Assembly: GCF_006345805.1 (NCBI RefSeq)
Contig: NW_021836017.1
Coordinates: 1 to 25,678, forward strand
DNA: 25,678 nucleotides
Reading direction: 5' to 3'
From: Octopus sinensis
Taxonomy: Eukaryota
Shown: positions 1-8,771 of the stretch, piece by piece
How positions within the stretch are numbered: the stretch's first letter is position 1
Layout: the number at the start of each line of letters is the position of its first letter
Notes under the pieces: generated by a model
Databases searched by the model: none
What the model was told of the DNA's origin: nothing
The model's input: only the letters and a program-made list of their open reading frames with translations
Made by a program: the position numbers and the translations under genes

Positions 1-341
1 ACCTTATAATTTATAATACAAATAAGAAAATGGAGAAACACATTAGTTGGTTTATCAGCTTTAGGACATTAAAAATGTTAAATATATATTTTTAAAATGA
101 TAATTATAATAACATACATACATATAGTATATTATTCTATGCATATAAAATGAGAATAAAAGCAATTATTAAAAAACATGAATAATAATATGCTATATGT
201 ATGTATTGTTATTATAATTATCAGTTTAATAAATAAATAAGTTAATGTCCTAAAGTTGATGAACCACTATTGTGCTCCTCCATTTTCTTATTTGCAATAT
301 ATATATGAGTGTGTGTGTGTATGTATGTATGTATGTATGGT

Positions 342-718
342 GGAGGTGCAATGGCCCAGTGATTAGGGCAGCGGACTCGCGGTCATAGGATCGCGGTTTC
401 GATTCCCAGACCGGGCGTTGTGAGTGTTTATTGAGCGAAAACACCTAAAGCTCCACGAGGCTCCGGCAGGGGATGGTGTGAACCTGCTGTACTCTTTCAC
501 CACAACTTTCTCTCACTCTTCTTCCTGTTTTCTGTTGTACCTGTATTTCAAAGGGCCGACCTTGTCACTCTCTGTGTCACGCTGAATATCCCTGAGAACT
601 ACGTTAAGGGTGCACGTGTCTGTGGAGTGCTCAGCCACTTACACGATAATTTCACGAGCAGGCTGTTCCGTTGATTCGGATCAACCGGAACCCTCGTCGT
701 CGTAACCGACGGAGTGCT
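342..718 (+). mobile_element. tRNA-derived SINE, head A + tail A
   Basis: A-box-like TGGCCCAGTGATTAG, B-box-like GGTTTCGATTCC; near-identical to 16722-17089. Confidence 0.85.
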
Positions 719-1325
719 TAAAAAAGCGATGTATGTATATATATATATATAAGAGAGAGAGAGGTGGGGGTTAAAGGGGATCTCTTTAATATCCACTAAC
801 AAAGCATAGACCAAATCAGGCTTACAATAAAAGATATTTACCCAAGGTGCCATGCAGTGTGGTTGAACACAAGCGACAAAGCAAACTTCTTAATGACACA
901 CCTTGGAAAGTGGATATTAAAACAATGACGATAATGATAAAAAGGCCTTAAATTATGGACGAATGGGTATTGACAAATCCGTTGGTTTGTAAGTCCATTT
1001 TGTCACCTCACGTGGATGAAACATAAAGTCAACCACAGTGAGATTTGAACCGACGCAATAATGCAAAAAAAAAAAGAAAACAAAAAGGAAAAAAGACAAA
1101 AAAAATGGTTTAAGTAAACAAAGATGCAAAGATGACAGATAGAGAAATTAATAATTAAGATAAACAAAGCCAGCTGAATTAATGAGAATGGGATGCTTTA
1201 GTTCACACAATCATAATTAAATCATTAATTTAATCATTACTGTTGATAACAAGAGTAAATCTAGATCAAAGAAATGATAACAACAACAACAATGATAACA
1301 ATAATAGTAGTAATAATAATAATAG

Positions 1326-1358
<33 letters not shown>

Positions 1359-1365
1359 AATTATA

Positions 1366-1407
<42 letters not shown>

Positions 1408-1636
1408 TCTCTTATCAAAGTCTAACAGAAATTAGGTGAAGGCTAGAATAGACAGTAAATACAAACACATTATCTGTCTGTCTGTGTGTCCGTCTATCTA
1501 TCTATCATCTTTTTTATCCACTATTTTTCCATGTTGGGATAGACTTGATGAAACTTCTTGAAGTTGTTGTCTATGGAGGGATGCCCTTCCAGATGATAAC
1601 CCTTGCTTGTTTTCAAGTAAGTTACATTATTTCCTC

Positions 1637-1680
<44 letters not shown>

Positions 1681-1785
1681 TATATACCGAGTAAACACAT
1701 AAATGTGAAACAAGGTGGAAAAAAGAGTACTTAAATACCAGGGGTAGAGTAATATGCTTTATTTAATTCAGAAATTCAACAAAAC

Positions 1786-1825
1786 CTGTTACTCTCTGAG
1801 TTTCACGTTCCCGTTCGTCGGACAG
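1786..1825 (-). ncRNA. Type-I hammerhead-like motif, family P1 (core CCGACGA)
   Basis: Minus strand reads ctgt-CCGACGA-acg ggaa cgt-GAAA-ctc aga gag-TA-acag: stems I, II and III all pair, GUA triplet, core position 4 is C instead of U. Confidence 0.55.
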
Positions 1826-1840
1826 TTTTGCTAGCAAAAA

Positions 1841-1878
1841 CTGTCCGATGAATGGGAACGTGAAACTCAGAGTAACAG
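1841..1878 (+). ncRNA. Type-I hammerhead-like motif, family P1 (core CCGATGA)
   Basis: ctgt-CCGATGA-atg ggaa cgt-GAAA-ctcagag-TA-acag. Stem III is the interrupted palindrome ACTC-A-GAGT, typical of dimer-dependent minimal hammerheads. Confidence 0.55.
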
Positions 1879-1901
1879 TTTTGTTGAATTTTCTAGCAAA
1901 A

Positions 1902-1940
1902 CTGTTCCGACAAACGGGAACGTGAAACTCAGAGTAACAG
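1902..1940 (+). ncRNA. Degenerate hammerhead-like motif, family P1
   Basis: Tandem copy of 1841-1878 with core CCGACAA (G8A) and one extra T; probably inactive. Confidence 0.4.
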
Positions 1941-1968
1941 GTTTTGTTGAATTTTCTGCTGCTTTTAA

Positions 1969-2020
<52 letters not shown>

Positions 2021-2034
2021 TATATAACTATATA

Positions 2035-2716
2035 TATATCATCATCATCATCATCGTTTAACATCTGCTTTCCATGCTAGCATGGGTTGGACGATTTGAC
2101 TGAGGTCTGGCGAACCAGATGACTGCACCAGGCTTCAATTTTCATCTGGCAGAGTTTCTACAGCTGGATGCCCTTCCTAATGCCAACCACTCCAAGAGTG
2201 TAGAGGGTGCTTTTATGTGCCACCAGCATGTGGGCCAGTCAGGCAGTACTGGCAATGGCCACGCTCAAATGGTGCTTTTCATGTGCCACCTGCACAGGAG
2301 CCAGTCCAGCGGCACTGGCAACGACCTTGCTGGAATGTCTTTTCATGTGCCTCCAGCACAAGTGCCAGTAAGGCGATGCAGGTAATGGTCATACTTGAAT
2401 GGTGCTTTTTACATGCCACCGGTATGGAAGCCTGTTAGTTGCTCTGGCAACGAACATGCTCGGATGGTACTCCGAGCACTCCACTATCACGGATGCCAGT
2501 CATCAAATTTGATTTCGATTTTACTTGCCTCAACAGGTCTTCGCAAGCAGAGTTTAGTACCCAATGAAGGAAAGATACGCATTATGTAAGTGGGCTGGTT
2601 ACACACCTGGCATAGGCCACGAGGTTATGGTCTCACTTGGCTTGCTGAGTCTTCTCAAACACAGCATATTTCCAAAGGTCCAGGTCACTAGTCATTGCCT
2701 CGGTGAGGCCCAATGT
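2035..2716 (-). mobile_element. 5'-truncated RTE-clade LINE 3' end
   Basis: Minus-strand frame TLGLTEAMTSDLDLWKYAVFEKTQQAK*, a 3' region with four ggtgctttt..tgcc repeats, and a (GAT)n tail. The tail is shared with 18670-19062 and 25020-25210. Confidence 0.75.
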
Positions 2717-2924
2717 AAATATATATATATATACACAGTTAGAGGTTAAAATAACCTCATTAAAGGATAACCATATTCAATGGATTACTGGTTCCATTGC
2801 TGAGTATTTTTTGTAAATAATACTATTCATAAAATAATAGGTCTAAATATAAATCTTGGTTTATAAATATTTGAAAGAAAATTTAGAAAATGGAGACGTA
2901 GCGTCTGAAAGGTTCACCTTCTTG

Positions 2925-3201
2925 AAGTAGTTCTTCAAATGTGAATAAATAAGTTTTACATTTGATAAAATAATCTCAATGCTAAGGGGTTAATCCAGCC
3001 ATACCCAACCTAAATATTCTATCTGTCTTATATTCAATTGGACCAGATCTGGTCTATCACACCAACCCTACAATGCCTTTCTGAAAAATTAAGTTACCTC
3101 AGCAAAACCTTATAGCTACTAGATAATTGATAATTGATTCAAATCAATGGGAATAAATACGCATTATATTTGGCAAAGTAAGCTGAATGCTAAGGATTAA
3201 A
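2925..3201. mobile_element. Head-to-tail remnants of a TTAA/CCC-ended MITE
   Basis: Terminal aatgctaaggggttaa (2978-2993) and aatgctaaggattaa (about 3187-3201); the interior matches 19936-20156. Confidence 0.55.
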
Positions 3202-3202
3202 T

Positions 3203-3665
3203 AAGGTAGCACTAGCACCATGATCGTAAGATTGTGGTTTCAATTCCTGGACCGGGCGACGTGTTGTGTTCTTGAGCAAAGCCCTTCATTTCACGTTGCT
3301 CCAGTCCACTCAGCTGGCAAAAATGAGTAACGCTGCGAAGGACTGGTGTCACGTCCAGCTGAGGAACACATACGCCATAGAAACCGGGAAACCGGGCCCA
3401 TGAGCTTGGTTAGGCTTTAAAAAGGGCGCACTTAGTGGTTAGGGTGTCAGCATCATGATCGTAAGATTGTGGTTTCGATTCCTGGACCGGGCGACGCGTT
3501 GTGTTCTTGAGCAAAACACTTCATTTCACGTTGCTCCAGTCCATTCAGCTAGCAAAAATGAGTAACGCTGCGATGGACTGGGGTCCCGTCCAGCTGGGGC
3601 ACACATACACCATTGAAACCAGGAAACTGGGCCCATGAGCTCGGATAGGATTTAAAAGGGCACAT
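3203..3665 (+). mobile_element. Tandem dimer of tRNA-derived SINE, head B + tail B
   Basis: Two units of about 220-240 bp (atgatcgtaagattgtggtttc...aaaagggcgcac) joined at about 3425. Confidence 0.8.
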
Positions 3666-4070
3666 TTATTTATTTTATTAGACAGCTTGTCTGAAGAAGT
3701 AAAGGTGTAATTGTCATGGTTGGAAAGTCTTTGATCAACAACAATGACAATGTAAAACAAAGGATTAAATGATTCCTCTTCAGCCATAGCAATCTTGTAT
3801 CTCACTCCCTCCCTCTCCTCGCCCCATCTCTTACTCCTCCTCCTCAATCCCCTCATCTCCCCCTTTCTCAATGCCCTTCACCACCATCATCACCACCCCA
3901 ATATGGTTACAAAGTGATTTTATCTCTGACCTCACACAAACCAACAGTCCACAGTTGTCAACCAGCTTATCAGTTCTATTTTAATACATAACCTCATCGA
4001 ATTATTGTTCTTCAGGTGGGTGTATATGTGTATGCATGTATGTATATATGTGTGTATAAATATTTATATA

Positions 4071-4370
4071 TACTCTTTTATTCTTTTACTTGTTTCAGTT
4101 ATTTGACTGTGGCCATGCTGGAGCACCACCTTTTAATCGACCAAATTGACCCCAGGACTTATTCTTTGTAAGCCTAGTACTTATTCTATCGATCTCTTTT
4201 GCTGAACCGCGAAGTTATGGGGACGTGAACACACCAGCATTGGTTGTCAAGAGATGTTGGGGGGACAAATGCAGACACACAAACATATACACACACATAC
4301 ACATGTATATACATATATACGACAGGCTTCTTTCAGTTTCCATCTATCAAATCCACTCACAAGGCTTACT
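4071..4370 (-). mobile_element. SINE family C/D, head-truncated
   Basis: Matches the reverse complement of 6553-6970 and matches 22137-22675. Confidence 0.8.
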
Positions 4371-4736
4371 GGTATTTCGTCCGCAGCTATGTTCTGAGTT
4401 CAGATTCCGCCAAGGTCGACTTTGCCTTTCATCCTTTCGGGGTCGACAAATTAAGTACCAGTTATGCACTGGGGTCGATCTAATCGACTTAATCCGTTTG
4501 TCTGTCCTTGTTTGTCCTCTCTGTCTTTAGCCCCTTGTGGGTAGTAAAGAAATAGGTATTTCGTCTGCCGTTACGTTCTGAGTTCAAATTGCGCCAAGGT
4601 CGACTTTGCCTTTCATCCTTTCGGGGTTAATTAAACAAGTACCAGTTACACACTGGGGTCGATATAATTGGCTTAATCCCTTTGTCTGTCCTTGTTTGTC
4701 CCCTCTGTGTTTAGCCCCTTGTGGGCAGTAAAGACA
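4371..4736 (+). repeat. Two 184-bp tandem units of the SINE family E body
   Basis: ttctgagttca at 4392 and 4576; same unit as 19110-19669. Confidence 0.85.
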
Positions 4737-4880
4737 GAAGGTTGCTTCAAAACCACATGGTTCTAGGTTCAGTCCCTCTTCATTGCACCTTGAGCCAGTG
4801 TCTTCTACTATGGCTCTGGGCTGACCAAAGCCTTGTTTGTGGATTTGGTGGACAGAAACTGAGAGAAGCCCGTGGTATGT
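4737..4880 (+). mobile_element. SINE family C head fragment
   Basis: aaccacatggttctaggttcagtcc...ggatttggtggacagaaactgagagaagcccg matches 6553-6720. Confidence 0.7.
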
Positions 4881-4994
4881 GTGGGAGAGACACACCCAGG
4901 AAGACAGGGGGTGAAATGGTGAAGGCTAATCCCAAAATGCTGACCCTCATGAAGCATGGTAAATAGGATGTTAAAATGTGGAACATTGCTTAGA

Positions 4995-5380
4995 AGGGTG
5001 TGTGTGTGTGTGTGTGTATTTTTGTATGGTGTGTGGTTGTTTGATACGTGTGATGTGTGAAAGAGAAAGAGGGGGAGAGGGAGTGTGTGTGTGTATATGT
5101 CTGTGTGAATGTGTGTGTGTTTATATATGTATGTATGTGTGTAAGTGTCTATATGCATGTGTACATGTGTGTGTAAATGTCTGTGTGAATGTATGTGTGC
5201 ATGCATTTATATATATATATGTATATAAGTATATGTGTGTGTATGTTTATATATGTATGTATGTGTGCATGTGTCTATATGCATGTGTGTGTTTGTGTGT
5301 GTGTGCATGCGTTTATATATATGTGTGTGTATGTGTATATGTGTCTATATGCATGTGTGTGTGTGTGTGTGTGTGTGTGT
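4995..5380. repeat. Compound (GT)n/(GTAT)n microsatellite
   Basis: Directly visible; source of the C/V/Y-rich and H/T-rich shadow ORFs. Confidence 0.95.
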
Positions 5381-5454
5381 CGGAAGAAGCGACAGGATTA
5401 TAAACAAATACAGCTGCTTATTTCTAAGATTAAAAGCTTAGTACGATGCCTACG

Positions 5455-5659
5455 TCAGTTGTTCTTGCTAATGTCGTGGCCACTGTGGTTGTTATTGTTG
5501 TTGTTGTGTCCCACTTTTTCCAAGCGAGCATTTGTTGGGGAAAAACCATTTGAGTCAACGTCTTTTACCGCCAGATCACTTTCCTAATGTCAGCTCCCCT
5601 CGTCGCCCCTTACAACAATGGAATTCCCCTTACATCTCTCAAAGCAAATTGGTAACAAA
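5455..5659 (-). CDS. Candidate terminal (cytoplasmic tail) exon region
   Basis: Non-repetitive sequence. Acceptor ctcctctgccag| read in phase 2 gives LLPICFERCKGNSIVVRGDEGS* (5590-5659). The same frame resumes as ESDLAVKDVDSNGFSPTNARLEKVGHNNNNNNHSGHDISKNN* (5455-5583). Linkage to the gene is inferred only. Confidence 0.2.
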
Positions 5660-5797
5660 CTGGCAGAGGAGTTCAAATACTGCCACGGTCAACACTGCAT
5701 TTTTCACTTTTTTTTTTCTAGGGTGGGTTTCGGGGGGGGGGGGGTCAATAAATAAAGTCTAAATCCAGAATGGCAAATTGACAGAATTAGTAGAGCC

Positions 5798-5919
5798 TCA
5801 TGGGGCTTTAGGTCTTTTTCGCTCAATAAACACTCACAACGCCCGGTCTGGGAATCGAAACCACGATCCTACGACCACAAGTCCGCTGCCCTAACCACTG
5901 GGCTATTGTGCCTCCACAT
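5798..5919 (-). mobile_element. SINE head A, truncated
   Basis: Reverse complement of about 342-460. Confidence 0.8.
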
Positions 5920-6317
5920 ATATATATATATATATACCTTATGGTATCTGTTCTTGCTTTTTTTTTCCATTTCAAATTCTTGGGTGGCTAATTTAATAAA
6001 CCATTCTCTAGTTTAACTCCCACCATCTGGTCCTTGGATGCCTTTAGCAAAGTTTACTCTTTAGAAATCATTTTGATCAGGTTAGGGTTCTGCCCTTTCC
6101 CTTCTTTGACCAAGCTCCCAGTGCATACTGTAAAGTGGTTGGCATTAGGAAGGGCATCCAACTATAGAAACCATGCTAGAGCAGACCTCACTGGATACAA
6201 TGCAGAACTTGGAGCCATCAGATCCTGTTAAATTGTCCAATCCATAACTGCATGAAAGATGGATGTTGAAAAGTGGATGATGATGATGATGATATATATA
6301 TATATATATTATATATA

Positions 6318-6496
6318 TGATAGATCGGTAGCCACTAACACATTTTTTTCTCTCCTTGTTTTTTCTGTGTCCCTTTCTGTAGAAGAGCATAGGCTCAAAA
6401 CATAAAAGACTTTTTCTATTCCTGAGCGTTATACTAATACATCTGTTTGTTTTGTACACCACCTGTCTTTGTCTTTTGTTTTTTTTTGTAAACTCT

Positions 6497-6500
<4 letters not shown>
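6318..6500 (+). mobile_element. Penelope-like terminal-repeat remnant (P4), copy 1
   Basis: Near-identical to 8588-8770 over about 180 bp and contains a hammerhead-like motif. Confidence 0.55.
6373..6408 (+). ncRNA. Decayed hammerhead-like motif, family P4 (core CTGTAGA)
   Basis: cttt-CTGTAGA-a-gagc atag gctc-AAAA-CA-TA-aaag; G12 and the stem III CpG are mutated. Confidence 0.35.
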
Positions 6501-6552
<52 letters not shown>

Positions 6553-6557
<5 letters not shown>

Positions 6558-6726
6558 CGTAGATGTGGCTGTGTGGTAAGTAGCTTGCTTACGAACCACA
6601 TGGTTCCGGATTCAGTCCCACTGTGTGGCACCTTGGGCAAGTGTCTACTATTATAGCCTTGGCCCGAACAAAGCCTTGTGAGTGGATTTGGTAGACGGAA
6701 ACTGAAAGAAGCCCGTTGTATATATG

Positions 6727-6782
<56 letters not shown>

Positions 6783-6970
6783 TGTCCCCACCAACATCAC
6801 TTGACAACTGATGCTGGTGTGTTTACGTCCCCGTAACTTAGCAGTTCAGCAAAAGAGACTGATAGAATAAGTACTAGGCTTACAAAGAATAAGTCCTGGG
6901 GTTGATTTCCTCGACTAAAGGCGGTGCTCCAGCATGGCCACAGTCAAATGACTGAAACAAGTAAATGAGT
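6553..6970 (+). mobile_element. Full SINE family C/D with internal (TA)n
   Basis: Head gtggctgtgtggtaag...ggttccggattcagtccc, central (TA)n, tail ...agtcaaatgactgaaacaagtaaa. Confidence 0.85.
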
Positions 6971-6997
6971 AAATATATATATATATTTATAGAATCA

Positions 6998-7165
6998 TGT
7001 GTAGGTACATAGCAGAGTGGTAAGAAGTTTGCTTACAAACCACATGGTTACAGGTTCAGTCTCACTATGTGGCAAGTTGGGCAAATGCCTTTTACTATAT
7101 CCTCGGGCTGACTGAAGCCTTAAGCATAGATTTGGTAGTTGAAAAATGAAAGAAACCTGTTGTGC
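6998..7165 (+). mobile_element. SINE family C head, degenerate
   Basis: Similar to 6553-6720. Confidence 0.7.
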
Positions 7166-7343
7166 ATATATGTGTATATAAATACATAAAAACTCAACAC
7201 CGTCGGTCACAAATGACCATGGGTGCACCTAATGGGTTCCTCTCTGGAGTACAAATCTGGGCAGAAAGTCTCTCACAGGTGAACGCACAATCTAGGGTTG
7301 TTTTTATAGAAGACCAGCAGTCGCCTATGTATACCAGCAAAAA

Positions 7344-7381
7344 CTGTCCGATGAACGGCAATGGGAAACTCAGAGTAACAG
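7344..7381 (+). ncRNA. Degenerate hammerhead-like motif, family P1 solo copy
   Basis: ctgt-CCGATGA-acggcaatgg-GAAA-ctcagag-TA-acag; stem II is disrupted. Confidence 0.4.
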
Positions 7382-7446
7382 GTTTTGTTGAATTTTCTGC
7401 TGCTTTAAATAATAATAATAATAATAATAATAATAATTATTATTGT

Positions 7447-7730
7447 TGTATTTAGGAATGGTCATTTTGCTAGTTTAGCCAATAAAAACACACTCACTAT
7501 ATATTTGGTGTTACTTTGCTTCAGTGTTATTTATTTTTTACATTAATCTTAATCTTATTTCGGCCAGAGTTCTTTCGTCACACTCCTGTGACCGCATCAG
7601 TGGTCCTCTGCTTTCTTCTTACTTATTTGTGTGTCTCTCCTTACTAACCATCAGCCATTTTGTATTTCTATTGTATGTCTTCATTTGCGCATGCTTATAT
7701 CTCTATGTGCGTTTATGTTTATTTAATAAT
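7447..7730 (-). mobile_element. Penelope-like terminal-repeat remnant (P3)
   Basis: Contains the 7562-7605 motif and is bounded by (AAT)n on both sides. Family assignment is inferred. Confidence 0.4.
7562..7605 (-). ncRNA. Hammerhead-like motif, family P3 (core CTGATGC)
   Basis: Minus strand reads gacca-CTGATGC-g-gtcaca ggag tgtgac-GAAA-gaac-TC-tggcc: perfect 6-bp stem II, 4/5 stem I, A9 replaced by C, CUC triplet. Confidence 0.45.
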
Positions 7731-7784
7731 AATAATGAGTACTGGATTGATAAGTGCAGCTGAAATTCTTGAAGGAAGTGAAAC

Positions 7785-7803
7785 CTTGCACAATCGATGC
7801 AAT
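7785..7803 (-). CDS. Candidate micro-exon after the TM exon (NCIDCA...)
   Basis: A 71-nt GTAAGA...polypyrimidine...cattag intron (7804-7874) is well formed. Phase-1 reading is open: NCIDCARFHFLQEFQLHLSIQ. The donor is uncertain; AAG|GTTTCA would give a 19-nt exon. Confidence 0.3.
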
Positions 7804-7874
7804 CTAATGAGAGAAAGAGCAAAAGATAAGGAAAAAGAAAGAAAAAGAAATCGGATAAAAATAGGGATTCTTAC

Positions 7875-8210
7875 TGTAATTCTGTTCCTTTTGTCTTCGT
7901 TTTTTATTCTTGAGACAATGATAGATGAGAACACCAAGCAAGAAGATGAGAACAAGTCCAGCAGTGAGACTACCTGCGACGATTACAGGTAAGTCTTGGA
8001 GAGAGGTGTTGGCATTGGTGTGCGCCTGGGTGTCGCTCGGACTGCTACTGCTCTTCATGGTCACTTTATTCCCCTCCGTTGTGTGGCTGAGGGTACTCTT
8101 TGATGTGATACTAACGGTTATGGAAGATTTAGTGCTGCTGCTGCTGCTACCACTCCTGCTGCTAATGCTGCTTGACAAACTGTGGTGGCTTTCATTACTC
8201 AGAGCTGTTC
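7875..8210 (-). CDS. Internal exon encoding a Ser/Thr-rich stalk, a single transmembrane helix and a basic stop-transfer segment
   Basis: Acceptor ttctaattatctactttcag|GA, donor TACA|GTAAGA, 336 nt, phase 1-1, compatible with the FN3 exon. Translation ends ...NTSLQDLPVIVAGSLTAGLVLIFLLGVLIYHCLKNKKRRQKEQNY: a hydrophobic run of about 25 aa followed by KNKKRR. Confidence 0.8.
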
Positions 8211-8587
8211 CTGAAAGTAGATAATTAGAACTAGCATCGTTATCGTTGTCCTCACCTGGCACAGGGCCACCACCACCTCCGATGCCTCACCCCCCCATCT
8301 CGAATGATATTTGTCTCGCAAAGTCACTCGGTGACCCTGCCACGGCTGGTGCATTGGTCCACACCGTAGAGTGGTTGATGGCTGGAAATAGCATCCAGCT
8401 GTAAAAAAAAAAGGGGGGGGCCAAAATGGGCCCTTGCCAGAGCTGGTGCCACATAAAAAGCACTCAGTCCACTCTTTAAGGTAGCTGGTATTAGGATGGG
8501 CAACCAGCTGTAAAAAAAAAAAAAAACTCGCCAAAACAGACTGATAGATCAGGCTTAATAATAATAAATAATAATAAACTAGTCGCC

Positions 8588-8770
8588 ATGATAGATCGTT
8601 AGCCACTACACACATTTTTTTCTCTCCTTGTTTTTTCTGTGTCCCTTTCTGTAGAAGAGCGTAGGCTCAAAATGTAAAAGACTTTTTCTGTTCCTGAGCA
8701 TTATACTAATACATCTGTTTGTTTTGTACACCACCTGTCTTCGTCTTTTGTTGTTTTCATAAACTCTCAC
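8588..8770 (+). mobile_element. Penelope-like terminal-repeat remnant (P4), copy 2
   Basis: Near-identical to 6318-6500; abuts the CR1 3' tail. Confidence 0.55.
8645..8680 (+). ncRNA. Decayed hammerhead-like motif, family P4 (core CTGTAGA)
   Basis: cttt-CTGTAGA-a-gagc gtag gctc-AAAA-TG-TA-aaag; second copy of the 6373 motif. Confidence 0.35.
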
Positions 8771-8771
8771 T

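Larger units (their letters stand above)
1687..1975. mobile_element. Penelope-like terminal-repeat remnant (P1) with inverted and tandem arms
   Basis: About 62-bp inverted arms around gctagc (1830-1835), then a second direct unit from 1893. Flanked by (TA)n. Carries three hammerhead-like motifs; the PLE assignment is inferred from the known PLE-hammerhead association. Confidence 0.6.

Noticed and set aside
342-420. tRNA-like sequence (also at SINE heads 3425, 12857, 16381, 16722, 19068)
   Set aside because: A/B boxes are present but each continues into a multi-copy SINE body and lacks a clean acceptor stem; these are SINE heads, not tRNA genes.
3545-3871. 108-aa minus-strand ORF
   Set aside because: Begins in a purine-rich low-complexity tract and ends inside a SINE; no domain signal.
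4808-5587. Long H/T-rich or C/V/Y-rich ORFs (also 17503-18188, 23503-23853, 11372-11644)
   Set aside because: Translations of dinucleotide and tetranucleotide microsatellites.
8211-8340. Extension of the TM exon upstream (GGGGPVPGEDND...)
   Set aside because: An in-frame TGA lies at about 8287-8289, the sequence grades into repeat fragments, and the acceptor at 8210 is much better.
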